A DNA stretch of 44,704 bases from Caldisericaceae bacterium (GCA_049967855.1 JBMFRX010000011.1:1-44704); one strand, 5' to 3'; numbered from the stretch's first letter, positions 9,599-19,421 are shown. Notes: generated by a model not told the origin, from the sequence alone. Translations and numbers: made by a program.

Positions 9599-10106
9599 AA
9601 TTAACTAAAGAAAATATGGGGTATTTCTTTAGTTTTTCAGCTCCTTTCAAGTCGAGAAGGGTAACCACAAAACCCCAACCCACTATTTCTCCACCTAATG
9701 ATTCAATAAGCTCGGAGGCAGCAAGCGCCGTACCTCCAGTCGCAAGAAGGTCATCAATCATAAGGATACGCTCACCCTTCTTGACACCATCTTTGTGTAT
9801 CTCAAGAATAGACATACCATATTCCAGTTGAAACTCTTTACGGACGATATCAAAAGGGAGTTTCCCTGGTTTCCGTACAGGCACAAACCCTGCTCCAAGT
9901 TCCTTTGCGATAGGAGCTCCGAAAATAAAACCGCGAGCCTCTACAGCAGCCACTTTATCGATATGTTTATCTCTAAAAAAGTCTGCTATACCATTCACAG
10001 CAAAAGAAAACGCTTCTGGGTTTCCCATAAGAGGAGTCAAGTCTCTAAATAAGATGCCCTTCTGTGGAAAATCAGGGATGTCTCTAATATACTTTTTTAA
10101 ATCCAT
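9591..10106 (-). CDS. apt: Adenine phosphoribosyltransferase
   Basis: PDFPQKGILFRD, EARGF, RKPGKLP, IDDLLATGGT; start moved to the ATG at 10106, which follows a GGAGG SD. Confidence 0.97.
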   Translation of the reverse strand: MDLKKYIRDIPDFPQKGILFRDLTPLMGNPEAFSFAVNGIADFFRDKHIDKVAAVEARGFIFGAPIAKELGAGFVPVRKPGKLPFDIVRKEFQLEYGMSILEIHKDGVKKGERILMIDDLLATGGTALAASELIESLGGEIVGWGFVVTLLDLKGAEKLKKYPIFSLVNFD

Positions 10107-10169
10107 ATAAGCCTCCTTCCATTCACAAAAAATCATTTACACATTAAATTATATATAAAAACCAATTTT

Positions 10170-10209
10170 CAAAAAATTAAGAGAAGGCACTTACTGGTAC
10201 CTTCTCTTA
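10170..10209 (-). terminator. Intrinsic terminator after secF
   Basis: Inverted repeat TAAGAGAAGG...CCTTCTCTTA followed by a U-rich tract on the minus strand. Confidence 0.75.
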
Positions 10210-10216
10210 TCAAATC

Positions 10217-11275
10217 TTAATGTCTCTTCTTTGTGGATTTCTTCTTTGAATACTTGGCTTTCTTTGCAGGAGCGACCTGCTGTTTCTTGGAGCTGTCCAG
10301 AGCTTCTTCTTGTGGGAGTTGAACTTCTGCAGGAATCTGCTTTTCAGCCTTCACAAAACTCTCGCTTGATGTAGAAGTTTTGTCTTTCTTCCACAAGACA
10401 AGCAGCGGGGAAGCTATGTAGATTGAAGAATATGTTCCTGACGTAAGTCCGAATAGAAGGGTCATTGAAAAGTCTCTGAGGGTTGGCCCTCCAAAAAGGA
10501 CGAGAGCAAACGAAGAAAAGAATGTCGTAATAGATGTGTTCATTGAACGAATCCATACTTCCGTGATGCTCTTGTTTACAAGTTCTCTGAAACTTTCCTT
10601 CGCCTTAAATTTCAGTTTTTCTCTGATTCTATCCATTACAACAACTGTGTCTTCAACAGAGTAAGTAATTATAGCAAGAAATGCTCCTATGAAAGGGGCG
10701 TTTAGCTCAATCCTGAAGAGAGAAAGCATTCCAAGGGTAATAAGCATATCGTGGAAAAGCGCAAGCACTGTTGCGAGGGCATACTCAAACTGAAAGCGTA
10801 TGGAAATATAAAACAGAATAAATAGCAAGGCAAGTCCCAGTGCAATTGCACCACTCTTCTCAAGTTCAGTTCCAATGACAGGGGCAATTGATGTGATGCT
10901 TGTCTGATTTGAATCGACTTTGGATACATCTGTTGAAATGCTGTTGATAATCTTATTTACATCGTCGGCACTTATCATTGATGCATTTAGCTTAATTGTA
11001 ATTTTGTTGCCTTGGGCTTCCTGGATTATTGCATCTTTATAACCAAGCCCCGATAAAATTTTTGATACTTTTGTTGTATCTGGAGTTTGTGCACAGGTAA
11101 CGTTTATAATTGTTCCACCCTTGAAATCTATACCAAGGTTCAAAGGCGACCCAAAGCGTACCTGATTTACTACCATTGACACAAGCCCAATAATAATTAC
11201 GGTTATTGAAATAGAGAACCAAAGTTTAGTTCTTCCTATTATGTCCCACTGGCTTATTCTGTCTCTAAACTTCAT
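10217..11275 (-). CDS. secF: Protein translocase subunit SecF
   Basis: LGIDFKGG, LALFHD, YSVEDTVVVMDRIRE, RSMNTS, GTYSSIYIASP; Lys-rich C-terminal tail. Confidence 0.96.
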   Translation of the reverse strand: MKFRDRISQWDIIGRTKLWFSISITVIIIGLVSMVVNQVRFGSPLNLGIDFKGGTIINVTCAQTPDTTKVSKILSGLGYKDAIIQEAQGNKITIKLNASMISADDVNKIINSISTDVSKVDSNQTSITSIAPVIGTELEKSGAIALGLALLFILFYISIRFQFEYALATVLALFHDMLITLGMLSLFRIELNAPFIGAFLAIITYSVEDTVVVMDRIREKLKFKAKESFRELVNKSITEVWIRSMNTSITTFFSSFALVLFGGPTLRDFSMTLLFGLTSGTYSSIYIASPLLVLWKKDKTSTSSESFVKAEKQIPAEVQLPQEEALDSSKKQQVAPAKKAKYSKKKSTKKRH

Positions 11276-11397
11276 CTAATCCTCCTTAGCTCTTCTGGCT
11301 GCAAGAAAGCTTTGATTGTATAAGTCTTGCTTAAGTCCATAAAAATTGAAGCACTGATTGCGAAATCTAATTCCTCGGAATATAAAATGCCTTTCAT
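11272..11397 (-). CDS. Candidate 41-aa small protein between secD and secF (MKGILYSEELDFAISASIFMDLSKTYTIKAFLQPEELRRIR)
   Basis: Hand-translated; the ATG overlaps the secD stop (TGATG) and the TGA overlaps the secF start (ATGA); stop-free across the whole gap. Confidence 0.45.
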   Translation of the reverse strand: MKGILYSEELDFAISASIFMDLSKTYTIKAFLQPEELRRIR

Positions 11398-12674
11398 CAG
11401 ATGATATTCCCCCACATTGCTGGCTTATTAACGGCAAAAGATGGAAGAAGCAAATTTACAAGAATATGAGTTACATAAACTCCACCAAAGAAGCCTACCA
11501 CAATACCAACCGTTGTAGTAACGGCAAAGCCCTTAACTACACCTGTTCCAAAGTAGAAAAGCATGGCAGCGCCAACCAGAACTGTGAGGTTGGAATCGAT
11601 AACAGTCCTCAAAGCATTAGCAAAGCCAGCTGAAATTATGGCTTTTAAAGATTTGCCAAGTTTAAGCTCTTCCTTCATTCTTTCAAAAACAATAACATTT
11701 ATGTCAACAGCCATACCAAGTGAAAGTATAGCTCCACCAATCGCAGGCAGAGATAGGGTTGCATGTATCAAGAAAAGCACTGCAATTTCAATTGCAATGT
11801 AAATTATCAGCGATAGTGTCGATATGACTCCGAGATAACCGTAAAAGAAAATCATATAAAGGAATATCAATATGAGAGTAACAAGAGCTGCAATAAGTGC
11901 CATTTTTATTGAATGAGACCCAAGAGATGGGCCAACTACTTCTTCTGATATAAAATTGAGCTTAACAGGCAAAGAGCCGCTTCTCAAAAGTGCAGCGTAA
12001 TTGGCTGCTTCGTCTTTAGTAAAACCACCTTCTATAATTCCCTGTCCGTCGGTAATTGCAGAGTTTACAGTAGGGCTCATAAGCAGTTTATTGTCGAGAT
12101 AAATTGAAATCTTCTTACCAATATTGGCAGAAGTAATATCACTGAATATTTTTGCACCTTCTGTGTTCAAAGTAAAAGCAATAACAGGCTGCCCTAAAGT
12201 GGCTGTGTCTTTGCTAAATTCAAGCGTTGCCGTCTTGATATACTGGCCAGTCATAACAACTTTGCCATCTTCTGTTTTGAATTCAAGCAACGCAGTCTGT
12301 CCAATTAGGTCTTTAGCCTTTGCTGGGTCTTTCCAGCCGGGAAGTTCAACCTCAATCCTCTTCCAGTTGGCTCCCTTTTCCTGCACTACAACTGCCTCGC
12401 TTATACCAAGGCTGTTAACCCTTTTCTGGATAACACTGAGCGCTGTTTGCATATCGTCCTGGGTGACCTTAGTTGTGGCCGTGTCAACTGCTTCAAGGAT
12501 AAACCTCACTCCTCCGTGTATGTCAAGCCCGAACTTAGGGGCAATGAACTGCTCAAAACCATTCTGTGTTTCAAGTGGTTTGTTGGAAGCCTTGATTGCC
12601 ACAACATCAACGTAAACAGCACCGACAAAAAGAACAAGAATAACAATTAAACTTATAATGCTTTTTCTACGCAC
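11397..12674 (-). CDS. secD: Protein translocase subunit SecD
   Basis: GLDIHGG, RVNSLGISE, SGSLP, VGPSLG, GMAVDINVIVFERMKEE, VKGFAVT. Confidence 0.96.
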   Translation of the reverse strand: MRRKSIISLIVILVLFVGAVYVDVVAIKASNKPLETQNGFEQFIAPKFGLDIHGGVRFILEAVDTATTKVTQDDMQTALSVIQKRVNSLGISEAVVVQEKGANWKRIEVELPGWKDPAKAKDLIGQTALLEFKTEDGKVVMTGQYIKTATLEFSKDTATLGQPVIAFTLNTEGAKIFSDITSANIGKKISIYLDNKLLMSPTVNSAITDGQGIIEGGFTKDEAANYAALLRSGSLPVKLNFISEEVVGPSLGSHSIKMALIAALVTLILIFLYMIFFYGYLGVISTLSLIIYIAIEIAVLFLIHATLSLPAIGGAILSLGMAVDINVIVFERMKEELKLGKSLKAIISAGFANALRTVIDSNLTVLVGAAMLFYFGTGVVKGFAVTTTVGIVVGFFGGVYVTHILVNLLLPSFAVNKPAMWGNII

Positions 12675-12684
12675 GAAAAACCTC

Positions 12685-13326
12685 CTATGATGTTTTTAAT
12701 CCCTTGTAAAATGAAGTATCTCTTACAGGGTTGTTTCCAATAGAATTATTAAGGCTGACGTTTGATTTAAACTCAGCCACTACTTCTCCAAGTTTCAGAA
12801 AATCACTTTCAAGGATGCTTAACAAGTCATTATGGTAAAGTGCAGCCGCAGGGTGATACATTGGGAAAAAATCAAAATCGTCCTTTACGATCATCTTTCC
12901 GTGGACTGCTCCTATTTTAAGCTCTGGAGAAACAAGCGTATTGAGAGGGGTATTCCCAAGAGTCACAATAACAATAGGTTCAATGATAGCAATTTGCCCA
13001 TAAAGATAGGGAAGGCATGCCTCAACTTCTCTGGGGCTGGGTACTCTGTTGTTTGGCGGCCTGCATTTGACAATGTTCCCGATATATACATCTTGCCTTT
13101 TTAAACCAATGGTTGCAAGAAGCTTATCAAGCAATTTGCCTGCAGCACCAACAAACGGACGCCCCGTCCGATCTTCTTCAGCGCCAGGTCCTTCGCCAAC
13201 AAACATTATATCAGCATCGAGAGAACCTTCACCTGGTACAGCTTCTTTCCTTGTTTCATAAAGAGGGCAAGCCCTGCACTCATTGATGCTCTCAGAAATT
13301 TCGTTCATAAGAATTTTCTTTTCCAT
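12685..13326 (-). CDS. udg: Family 4 uracil-DNA glycosylase (Fe-S)
   Basis: CRACPL, VGEGPG, PFVGAAG, KCRPPNNR, YHPAA. Confidence 0.93.
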   Translation of the reverse strand: MEKKILMNEISESINECRACPLYETRKEAVPGEGSLDADIMFVGEGPGAEEDRTGRPFVGAAGKLLDKLLATIGLKRQDVYIGNIVKCRPPNNRVPSPREVEACLPYLYGQIAIIEPIVIVTLGNTPLNTLVSPELKIGAVHGKMIVKDDFDFFPMYHPAAALYHNDLLSILESDFLKLGEVVAEFKSNVSLNNSIGNNPVRDTSFYKGLKTS

Positions 13327-14558
13327 TAGAGCTTACCTACAAGAACCTTTCCGATGCCAGAATCAAGTATTCTACCAGCATAGTCCTCGAATTGGTCAAA
13401 TTGAATAGAATTTAATTCATCCATAAGAACATCGGTCTCTTTAATTTTTCCAAGGAAAAGCCCTTGGACTCCATTCCTTTGCATTCTTTGCGAAATACTT
13501 TCGAGCCCGAGAATGATGCTCCCTGTAATGTAGTTCTTTGCATCAGAAAACTCATTTTCCAAAAAACCTTTTTTTCTTACAAGCTCCAATTCCTCAAGAA
13601 TAATCTGCTCAACGGAATTAACATATTTAGGCATCGTTGAGGCATAAATTACAGTTGCTCCAGCATCAGTCATTTTAACAGGATAGGAATATATTGTGTA
13701 CACCAGCCCTTTGTCTTCTCTCAGTTTCTGGAACAACCTTGAAGACATATTGCCTCCAAGTATTGTTGTAAATATTGAATTCATCAAGTTATCGTCAGAA
13801 AATAATCTACTTCCCTTAAAAGTTAAAGAGAGATGTACTTGTGCATTATCTTTGCTAACTTTCCTTTCCTGGAAATTGTACTCTGGTGTTGAAACTTGAG
13901 GTACGAAAGATGTAGGATTAAAAGAACCAAAATATCTGTCTACAAGGTTATCTGCAGCAGACGAACTCATATCGCCTGAAATGGAGATAAATATGTTGTC
14001 CTTGTTAAAATATCTCTTGAAAAAGTGTTCAAGGTCGTCCCTGCTAATTCCCTTAACTACATCTTCAACACCCAGTGCGCTGTTTGCTATAGGGTCTTCT
14101 CCCCAAATAGACTTGAGCGATTCTGTCTGGCAAATGTCTTGCGGGTCGTCATAGTATTCCTGTATCTCTTCTATTATTACCCCACGCTCTCTCTCGATAA
14201 GCTCTTTATTGAAAGTCGGGTTTGAAAGTATATCAGATAGAATATCAAAACCGATTTCAGCATCTTTCGAAAGAAGCCTCACATAGAAAAGCGAGTATTC
14301 TACAGACGTGTAGGCATTAAGCTCACCGCCAGCTTTCTCAATAGAGTGAGAGATGTCAAATGCAGTACGTTTCTCAGTACCTTTGAAAACGGTGTGTTCA
14401 ATGAAATGAGAAATGCCAAGATGGTTTAATTCTTCGTACCTTGCTCCAGAACGGACAAACACTCCGATTGAAACAGAAGGGAAAGTATGGTTTTCTTCAA
14501 GAAAATATCTTATTCCCTTGCCAGAAATTTTCTCACTTAAGTATCCTCTGTCAGTCAA
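13326..14558 (-). CDS. M16 family zinc metallopeptidase
   Basis: Inverted zinc motif HFIEH, LNAYT, GGNMSSRLFQKLRE; the start is probably the TTG at 14558 overlapping the pnp end (track extends to 14591). Confidence 0.92.
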   Translation of the reverse strand: MTDRGYLSEKISGKGIRYFLEENHTFPSVSIGVFVRSGARYEELNHLGISHFIEHTVFKGTEKRTAFDISHSIEKAGGELNAYTSVEYSLFYVRLLSKDAEIGFDILSDILSNPTFNKELIERERGVIIEEIQEYYDDPQDICQTESLKSIWGEDPIANSALGVEDVVKGISRDDLEHFFKRYFNKDNIFISISGDMSSSAADNLVDRYFGSFNPTSFVPQVSTPEYNFQERKVSKDNAQVHLSLTFKGSRLFSDDNLMNSIFTTILGGNMSSRLFQKLREDKGLVYTIYSYPVKMTDAGATVIYASTMPKYVNSVEQIILEELELVRKKGFLENEFSDAKNYITGSIILGLESISQRMQRNGVQGLFLGKIKETDVLMDELNSIQFDQFEDYAGRILDSGIGKVLVGKL

Positions 14559-16656
14559 CTTTTCTTCCTCTGCTTCTGGGATTACCTTCAAGGTTCTTGG
14601 TTAGTTGTATCTTTCCGTCTGGTTCGAGCTTTAGAACTTTTACAACAACCTTGTCACCAATATGAATCTCTTTACGGACATCCTTCACGTACTTATCCGA
14701 TATCTGCGAAACATGCAAAAGCCCTGTATAATTTGGCAATATCTGAACAATTGCTCCAAAGTCACGCACATCTGTCACAACTCCATTGTATATTTTACCT
14801 TCTTCGGGTTCAGCTATGAGAGCATTAATTTTATCAACTATCATCTTACCGATCTCTTCATCTGGGGTTGCTACAAAAACTTCCCCATCAGGCTCAATAT
14901 TGACCTCAGAACCAGTATCTCCTATTATGCTCTTTATTGTTTTGCCTCCAGGACCGATTAGTAAGCCTATCTTATCTGGCTTAACGTGTAGCCTGTACAT
15001 ACGAGGCGCATACGGAGAAATCGAGGCACGAGGCACAGGAATTGCGGCAAGCATCTTGTCGAGCAAAAACATCCTAGCATCCCTTGCTTGAGAAAGCGCT
15101 TGTCTTATAACGGAAAGGTCAATTCCTTTTATTTTAATATCCATCTGCAACGCAGTAATCCCTGAAGAAGTCCCTGTGACTTTAAAATCCATATCGCCAA
15201 GGTGATCTTCTGCACCCTGGATGTCAGTAAGCACAACGAATCGTTCGCCTTCTTTCATAAGTCCCATTGCTATGCCTGCAACAGGTTTCTTTATTGGTAC
15301 TCCTGCATCCATAAGTGCAAGCGTCGACCCACAGGTAGAAGCCATAGAAGTGGAACCATTAGACTCAAGCACTTCTGATACTACTCTTATTGTATAAGGG
15401 AACTCATCTTCTGTCGGAAGCACTGGCACCAAAGCTCTCTCTGCAAGTGCTCCATGTCCAATTTCCCTTCTACTGGGACCTCTCATTGGTTTAACCTCTC
15501 CTACAGAAAAAGGTGGGAAGTTATAATAGTGCATATAACGCTTGGTTACTATTTCTTCGTCGAGTGATTCGATAATCTGTCCCTGCCCCTTTCCTCCAAG
15601 AGTTACAACGGATAGCACCTGCGTCTGGCCTCTTGTAAACAGGGCAGAGCCATGAGTCATATGAAGCACTCCAAGCTCAATACCTATTTCTCGAATCTCA
15701 GTAGGATTTCTCCCATCGACTCTCCTTCCTTCAATCGTTTCATTTCTTACATAGTTGCGCAAAATCAAGTCAAAAATAGCATTTACTTCCAAAACTTTGT
15801 CTGGATATTTTTCAGCGAACTCATCAATAATGCTATCCTTTATTTCTTCAAGTGCATGCTCTCGAGTAAGTTTCTCCTTGTTGGAGAGTGCGATTTTAAT
15901 TTTTTCAGTAAGAATTGGCTCCAACTCATTTTTTAGATCATTGTCAAGAACTGTTTCAGCAACAACAATTTTCTTTTTGCCAATTTTGCTGGCAAATTCC
16001 TCCTGAACAAGAGCAATCTTACGAATTTCCTGGAGAGCCACATCCATTGCGGTGACCATTTCGTCTTCGCTTATTTCTTTTGCACCTGCCTCTATCATAA
16101 TAAGGGCATCCTTGGTGCCTGCAATACTCAGACTAAGACTGCTTTTTTCTTCGATGTCTTTCTCGGAAGGGTTTATAACTATTTTGCCATCAATATATCC
16201 CACTTTTACAGCTCCGACTGCTTCAGTAAAAGGCTCATCAGATATTAATGAGGCAAGTGATGCTGCATTGATTGCAAGTATTTCTGGAGCTATTTCCCCG
16301 TCTGAAGACAAAACATATACAATAATCTGAACAGGTCTTCTGAATTCCAATGGGAAAAGGGGCCTTAAAGGCCTATCTATCAACCGTGAGCCAAGTATTT
16401 CGCTCTCGCTGGGACGACCTTCCCTCTTATAGAAACCTCCAGGGATTTTTCCTGCAGCATACATCTTTTCAAAATAGTCAACAGTTAAAGGAAAAAAATC
16501 TGTAGGCTCGGCTGGTTCACTGCCCATTGTTGAAGTTGCAAGAACCTGAGTACCCCCGCATGTTGCAAGAATTGCTCCGCCTGCTTGCTTTGCGAGTCTT
16601 CCGTTCTCAAAAGTTATAACTTTTCCGCCTACTTCAATTTCAATCTTATTAATCAT
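14551..16656 (-). CDS. pnp: Polyribonucleotide nucleotidyltransferase
   Basis: LAKQAGG, RLIDRPLRPLF, RREIGHG, ESNGSTSMAS, GDMDFK, KH and S1 domains; follows rpsO. Confidence 0.98.
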   Translation of the reverse strand: MINKIEIEVGGKVITFENGRLAKQAGGAILATCGGTQVLATSTMGSEPAEPTDFFPLTVDYFEKMYAAGKIPGGFYKREGRPSESEILGSRLIDRPLRPLFPLEFRRPVQIIVYVLSSDGEIAPEILAINAASLASLISDEPFTEAVGAVKVGYIDGKIVINPSEKDIEEKSSLSLSIAGTKDALIMIEAGAKEISEDEMVTAMDVALQEIRKIALVQEEFASKIGKKKIVVAETVLDNDLKNELEPILTEKIKIALSNKEKLTREHALEEIKDSIIDEFAEKYPDKVLEVNAIFDLILRNYVRNETIEGRRVDGRNPTEIREIGIELGVLHMTHGSALFTRGQTQVLSVVTLGGKGQGQIIESLDEEIVTKRYMHYYNFPPFSVGEVKPMRGPSRREIGHGALAERALVPVLPTEDEFPYTIRVVSEVLESNGSTSMASTCGSTLALMDAGVPIKKPVAGIAMGLMKEGERFVVLTDIQGAEDHLGDMDFKVTGTSSGITALQMDIKIKGIDLSVIRQALSQARDARMFLLDKMLAAIPVPRASISPYAPRMYRLHVKPDKIGLLIGPGGKTIKSIIGDTGSEVNIEPDGEVFVATPDEEIGKMIVDKINALIAEPEEGKIYNGVVTDVRDFGAIVQILPNYTGLLHVSQISDKYVKDVRKEIHIGDKVVVKVLKLEPDGKIQLTKNLEGNPRSRGRKVD

Positions 16657-16657
16657 A

Positions 16658-16924
16658 CTACGCTCTCAGATTAAGGTCTTTAACAATTCTCTGGTATCGA
16701 ACTTTGTCTGTTTCCTTAAGATAACTCAGCAATTTACGTCTTTCACCAACAAGTTTAAACAAACCTCTTCGTGATGAATAATCGTTTTTGTAGGATTTGA
16801 GGTGCTCTGTAAGTTTGCTTATTCTCAAAGAGAGCAATGCAACCTGAACTTCGGTAGAACCTGTGTCTCCTTCGTGTCTACTGAACTTCTTAATAATTTC
16901 TTCTTTTTCTTCTTTAGTAACCAT
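16658..16924 (-). CDS. rpsO: 30S ribosomal protein S15
   Basis: [31 protein letters not shown]. Confidence 0.98.
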   Translation of the reverse strand: MVTKEEKEEIIKKFSRHEGDTGSTEVQVALLSLRISKLTEHLKSYKNDYSSRRGLFKLVGERRKLLSYLKETDKVRYQRIVKDLNLRA

Positions 16925-16951
16925 TAAAACCTCCTATGTTTGTTTTAAAAT

Positions 16952-17001
16952 GCTTTCATCAAAGGAAATCGTCGGAGCATTCGATATCCCTTGTCAAAAG
17001 C
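16952..17001 (-). ncRNA. Candidate rpsO 5' leader structure (S15 autoregulatory element)
   Basis: Minus-strand RNA folds by hand as GCUUUU/GAAAGC + CAAGGGA/UCCUUUG + AUCG/CGAU; it lies between a putative promoter and the rpsO SD. Confidence 0.5.
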
Positions 17002-17008
17002 TGAATAT

Positions 17009-17036
17009 ATTATAAGATTTTTGTTAACTAATGCAA
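17009..17036 (-). promoter_or_regulatory. Putative sigma70-type promoter of the rpsO-pnp operon
   Basis: TTGCAT-16 nt-TATAAT on the minus strand. Confidence 0.6.
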
Positions 17037-17124
17037 GCTTTATGAAATACAACAACGACCCCCACATCAAAGAGGTTTATGACAAGAAAAAACCGAAATC
17101 AAAGAAAAAAAGAAATGCTAACTG

Positions 17125-18363
17125 CTACTGCACATATGAAGCCATAGTGAATATTGGAAGGTACAGCGATATTAGGACTCCTCCTATTAAGCCTCCAACA
17201 AAAACCATCAATATAGGGTTTATAAGAGCTGTTATGTTGTTAACAGCGTTGTTAACTTCCTCGTCGTAAAATTCAGCAACTTTGCGCAACATCTTATCGA
17301 GGCTTCCACTTTCTTCTCCTATAGCGCTCATCTCAACAACCATCGGTGTAAAAAACCCGCTTTGCTGAAGAGCTGCCGATAGAGAGGTTCCTTTCTTGAT
17401 ATTATCGATGATATGGTCTACAGTTTCAGCAATTATAGTATTGTCGATAGTCCCCTTAACGGTCTCCAGGCAATTGACAATTGGAATACCCCCCGAGAAA
17501 AGAGTTGCAAATGTATCGCTGAAACGCGACATAGCCGACTTGATTGTGAGGTCTGAAAGGACAGGAGCTTTGAGTTTTATATTATCAATAGTCCTACGTC
17601 CTTGAGGGGTGCGTGCCCAACGAATGTAAAGTGCCCCTATAATGACAATTATAATAAGAAGAAGCCATCCTCTATGGATAAGAAAATCTGCAAAACCAAA
17701 CACTATTTTTGTGGGAGCAGGTAAAGGAGCTCCAAGTTGTGTTAAGAATCCCTCAAAAGTCGGGATAACAAAGATGAACAAACCTATTACGATAAGCACA
17801 GAAAAAACAAGGACAGCAACAGGGTAAGTCATAGCGCCGCGGATTTTTGAGCGGACTTCATAATCTCTCTGCAAAAAGCCGCTCATAGTTATAAGGGAAT
17901 TGCCAAGATTACCACTTGTCTCGCCAGACTGTACCATACTTATATACAGCGGGCTGAATACTGTAGGAAACTTTGCAAGCCCTTGAGAAAGAGCTTGGCC
18001 TTTCTGTACTTCGTCATTCAGTACTTGAATAACGGCGTTGAGTTTTGCATTGGACGTTTGTTTCTGCATCACTTCAAGAGCCCGTGATATTGAGAGGCCT
18101 GAGTTCAGCATAGTCCCAAATTGATTGGTGAAGATTGAAAGATCCCTTATTGAGATTCGTCCAAGCCCTCCCAGAGCACCTGCCTGCTGGCCATTCTTGC
18201 TCGTAGTTGAACGGAAACTTGAGCCTTTTCTTTCGTTAATATAAATAATCCTGTATCCTTTGCTTCTCAAGCTATCCGCAATAGAGGAAGCCGAAGTAGC
18301 TTCTATCCTTCCCGTCTGAGACTTACCAGAAGGATCTAATACTTTGTACTCGTAAATTGCCAT
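17125..18363 (-). CDS. pilC: Type IV pilus platform protein PilC (T2SS F family)
   Basis: YEYKVLD..G, GETSGNL, AMTYP, GEESGSLDKML motifs; pilB-pilT-pilC order. Confidence 0.95.
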   Translation of the reverse strand: MAIYEYKVLDPSGKSQTGRIEATSASSIADSLRSKGYRIIYINERKGSSFRSTTSKNGQQAGALGGLGRISIRDLSIFTNQFGTMLNSGLSISRALEVMQKQTSNAKLNAVIQVLNDEVQKGQALSQGLAKFPTVFSPLYISMVQSGETSGNLGNSLITMSGFLQRDYEVRSKIRGAMTYPVAVLVFSVLIVIGLFIFVIPTFEGFLTQLGAPLPAPTKIVFGFADFLIHRGWLLLIIIVIIGALYIRWARTPQGRRTIDNIKLKAPVLSDLTIKSAMSRFSDTFATLFSGGIPIVNCLETVKGTIDNTIIAETVDHIIDNIKKGTSLSAALQQSGFFTPMVVEMSAIGEESGSLDKMLRKVAEFYDEEVNNAVNNITALINPILMVFVGGLIGGVLISLYLPIFTMASYVQ

Positions 18364-18365
18364 AC

Positions 18366-19421
18366 CTACCTCCCCATTAGGTGAAGATAATTATCTTTAT
18401 TAAAGGAGTATCTCAAGCCGTCATCGTAGCTTATTATGCCCTTGGAAACAAGGTCCTTGAGAGACTGTTCCATTGTTTGCATGCCAATATTCAAATTAGT
18501 TTGTATAACAGAGGGGATCATATGAGTTTTACCTTCCCTTATTAGGTTTCTCACAGCGGGAGTTGCTATCAGAACCTCTGTTGCAAGAGCAAGATTCTTC
18601 TTGTCAGTTGCGGGGATGAGCTGTTGAGAAAGAATTGCAACTAACACTCCTGCAAGCTGCGTTTTTACCTGTTCCTGCTGAAAGGGAGGAAACACGTCAA
18701 CAATTCTATCAATCGACTGGGATGCTGAATTGGTATGGAGTGTTGCAAAAACAAGGTGACCCGTTTCAGCGGCAGTGAGAGCAGTTGCTATAGTCTCAAG
18801 GTCTCGCATTTCTCCAAGGAGTATTACATCGGGGTCTTCACGCAGAGCTGCCCTTAATGCTGCTGCAAATGCAAGTGTGTCGTTCCCAACTTCCCTCTGT
18901 ACAACCACGGAATGCTTATGCCTGAAAAGATACTCTATTGGGTCCTCAATAGTAACAATGTGGTCATACCTCTTTGCATTTATTGAGTCAATCATTGCGG
19001 CAAGTGTTGTTGACTTGCCATGCCGTGTCGGCCCTGTTACAAGAATGAGTCCTCTCTCTTCCTCGATCAATTTGTGAGCAATTGCTGGCACGCCAAGGCT
19101 GTCAAGAGAAGGGACATCAAAAGGGATTCTCCTAAAAGCAGCTGCGACAGTATTTCTCTGGTAAAACACATTTACCCTGAAACGCGCAACTCCTTTGATT
19201 CCATATGAAAAGTCGAACTCAAGACGTTCCTTAAAGAGCTCTTTTTGCTTATCAGTCATTATGGAAAACATCATTTCCGCAACATTCTCTGGAGTAAGAG
19301 GTTCTTCGTCTAGTCTTATCAAAGCCTTACGGATTCTCAAAATGGGAGGGAGACCAACCGTAAGGTGAATATCAGACGCATTGTTCTCCGCTGCAAACAT
19401 TAATATTTCATCCAAGTTCAT
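18366..19421 (-). CDS. pilT: Type IV pilus retraction ATPase PilT
   Basis: ASDIHL, Walker A GPTRHGKST, TIEDPIE, LREDPDVILLGEMRD, TGHLVFATLH, AVRNLIRE. Confidence 0.96.
   Translation of the reverse strand: MNLDEILMFAAENNASDIHLTVGLPPILRIRKALIRLDEEPLTPENVAEMMFSIMTDKQKELFKERLEFDFSYGIKGVARFRVNVFYQRNTVAAAFRRIPFDVPSLDSLGVPAIAHKLIEEERGLILVTGPTRHGKSTTLAAMIDSINAKRYDHIVTIEDPIEYLFRHKHSVVVQREVGNDTLAFAAALRAALREDPDVILLGEMRDLETIATALTAAETGHLVFATLHTNSASQSIDRIVDVFPPFQQEQVKTQLAGVLVAILSQQLIPATDKKNLALATEVLIATPAVRNLIREGKTHMIPSVIQTNLNIGMQTMEQSLKDLVSKGIISYDDGLRYSFNKDNYLHLMGR

Noticed and set aside
16991..17269. 92-aa plus-strand ORF
   Set aside because: It overlaps the rpsO promoter and is antisense to the pilC end, with no SD; only a short part is kept as a weak scar candidate
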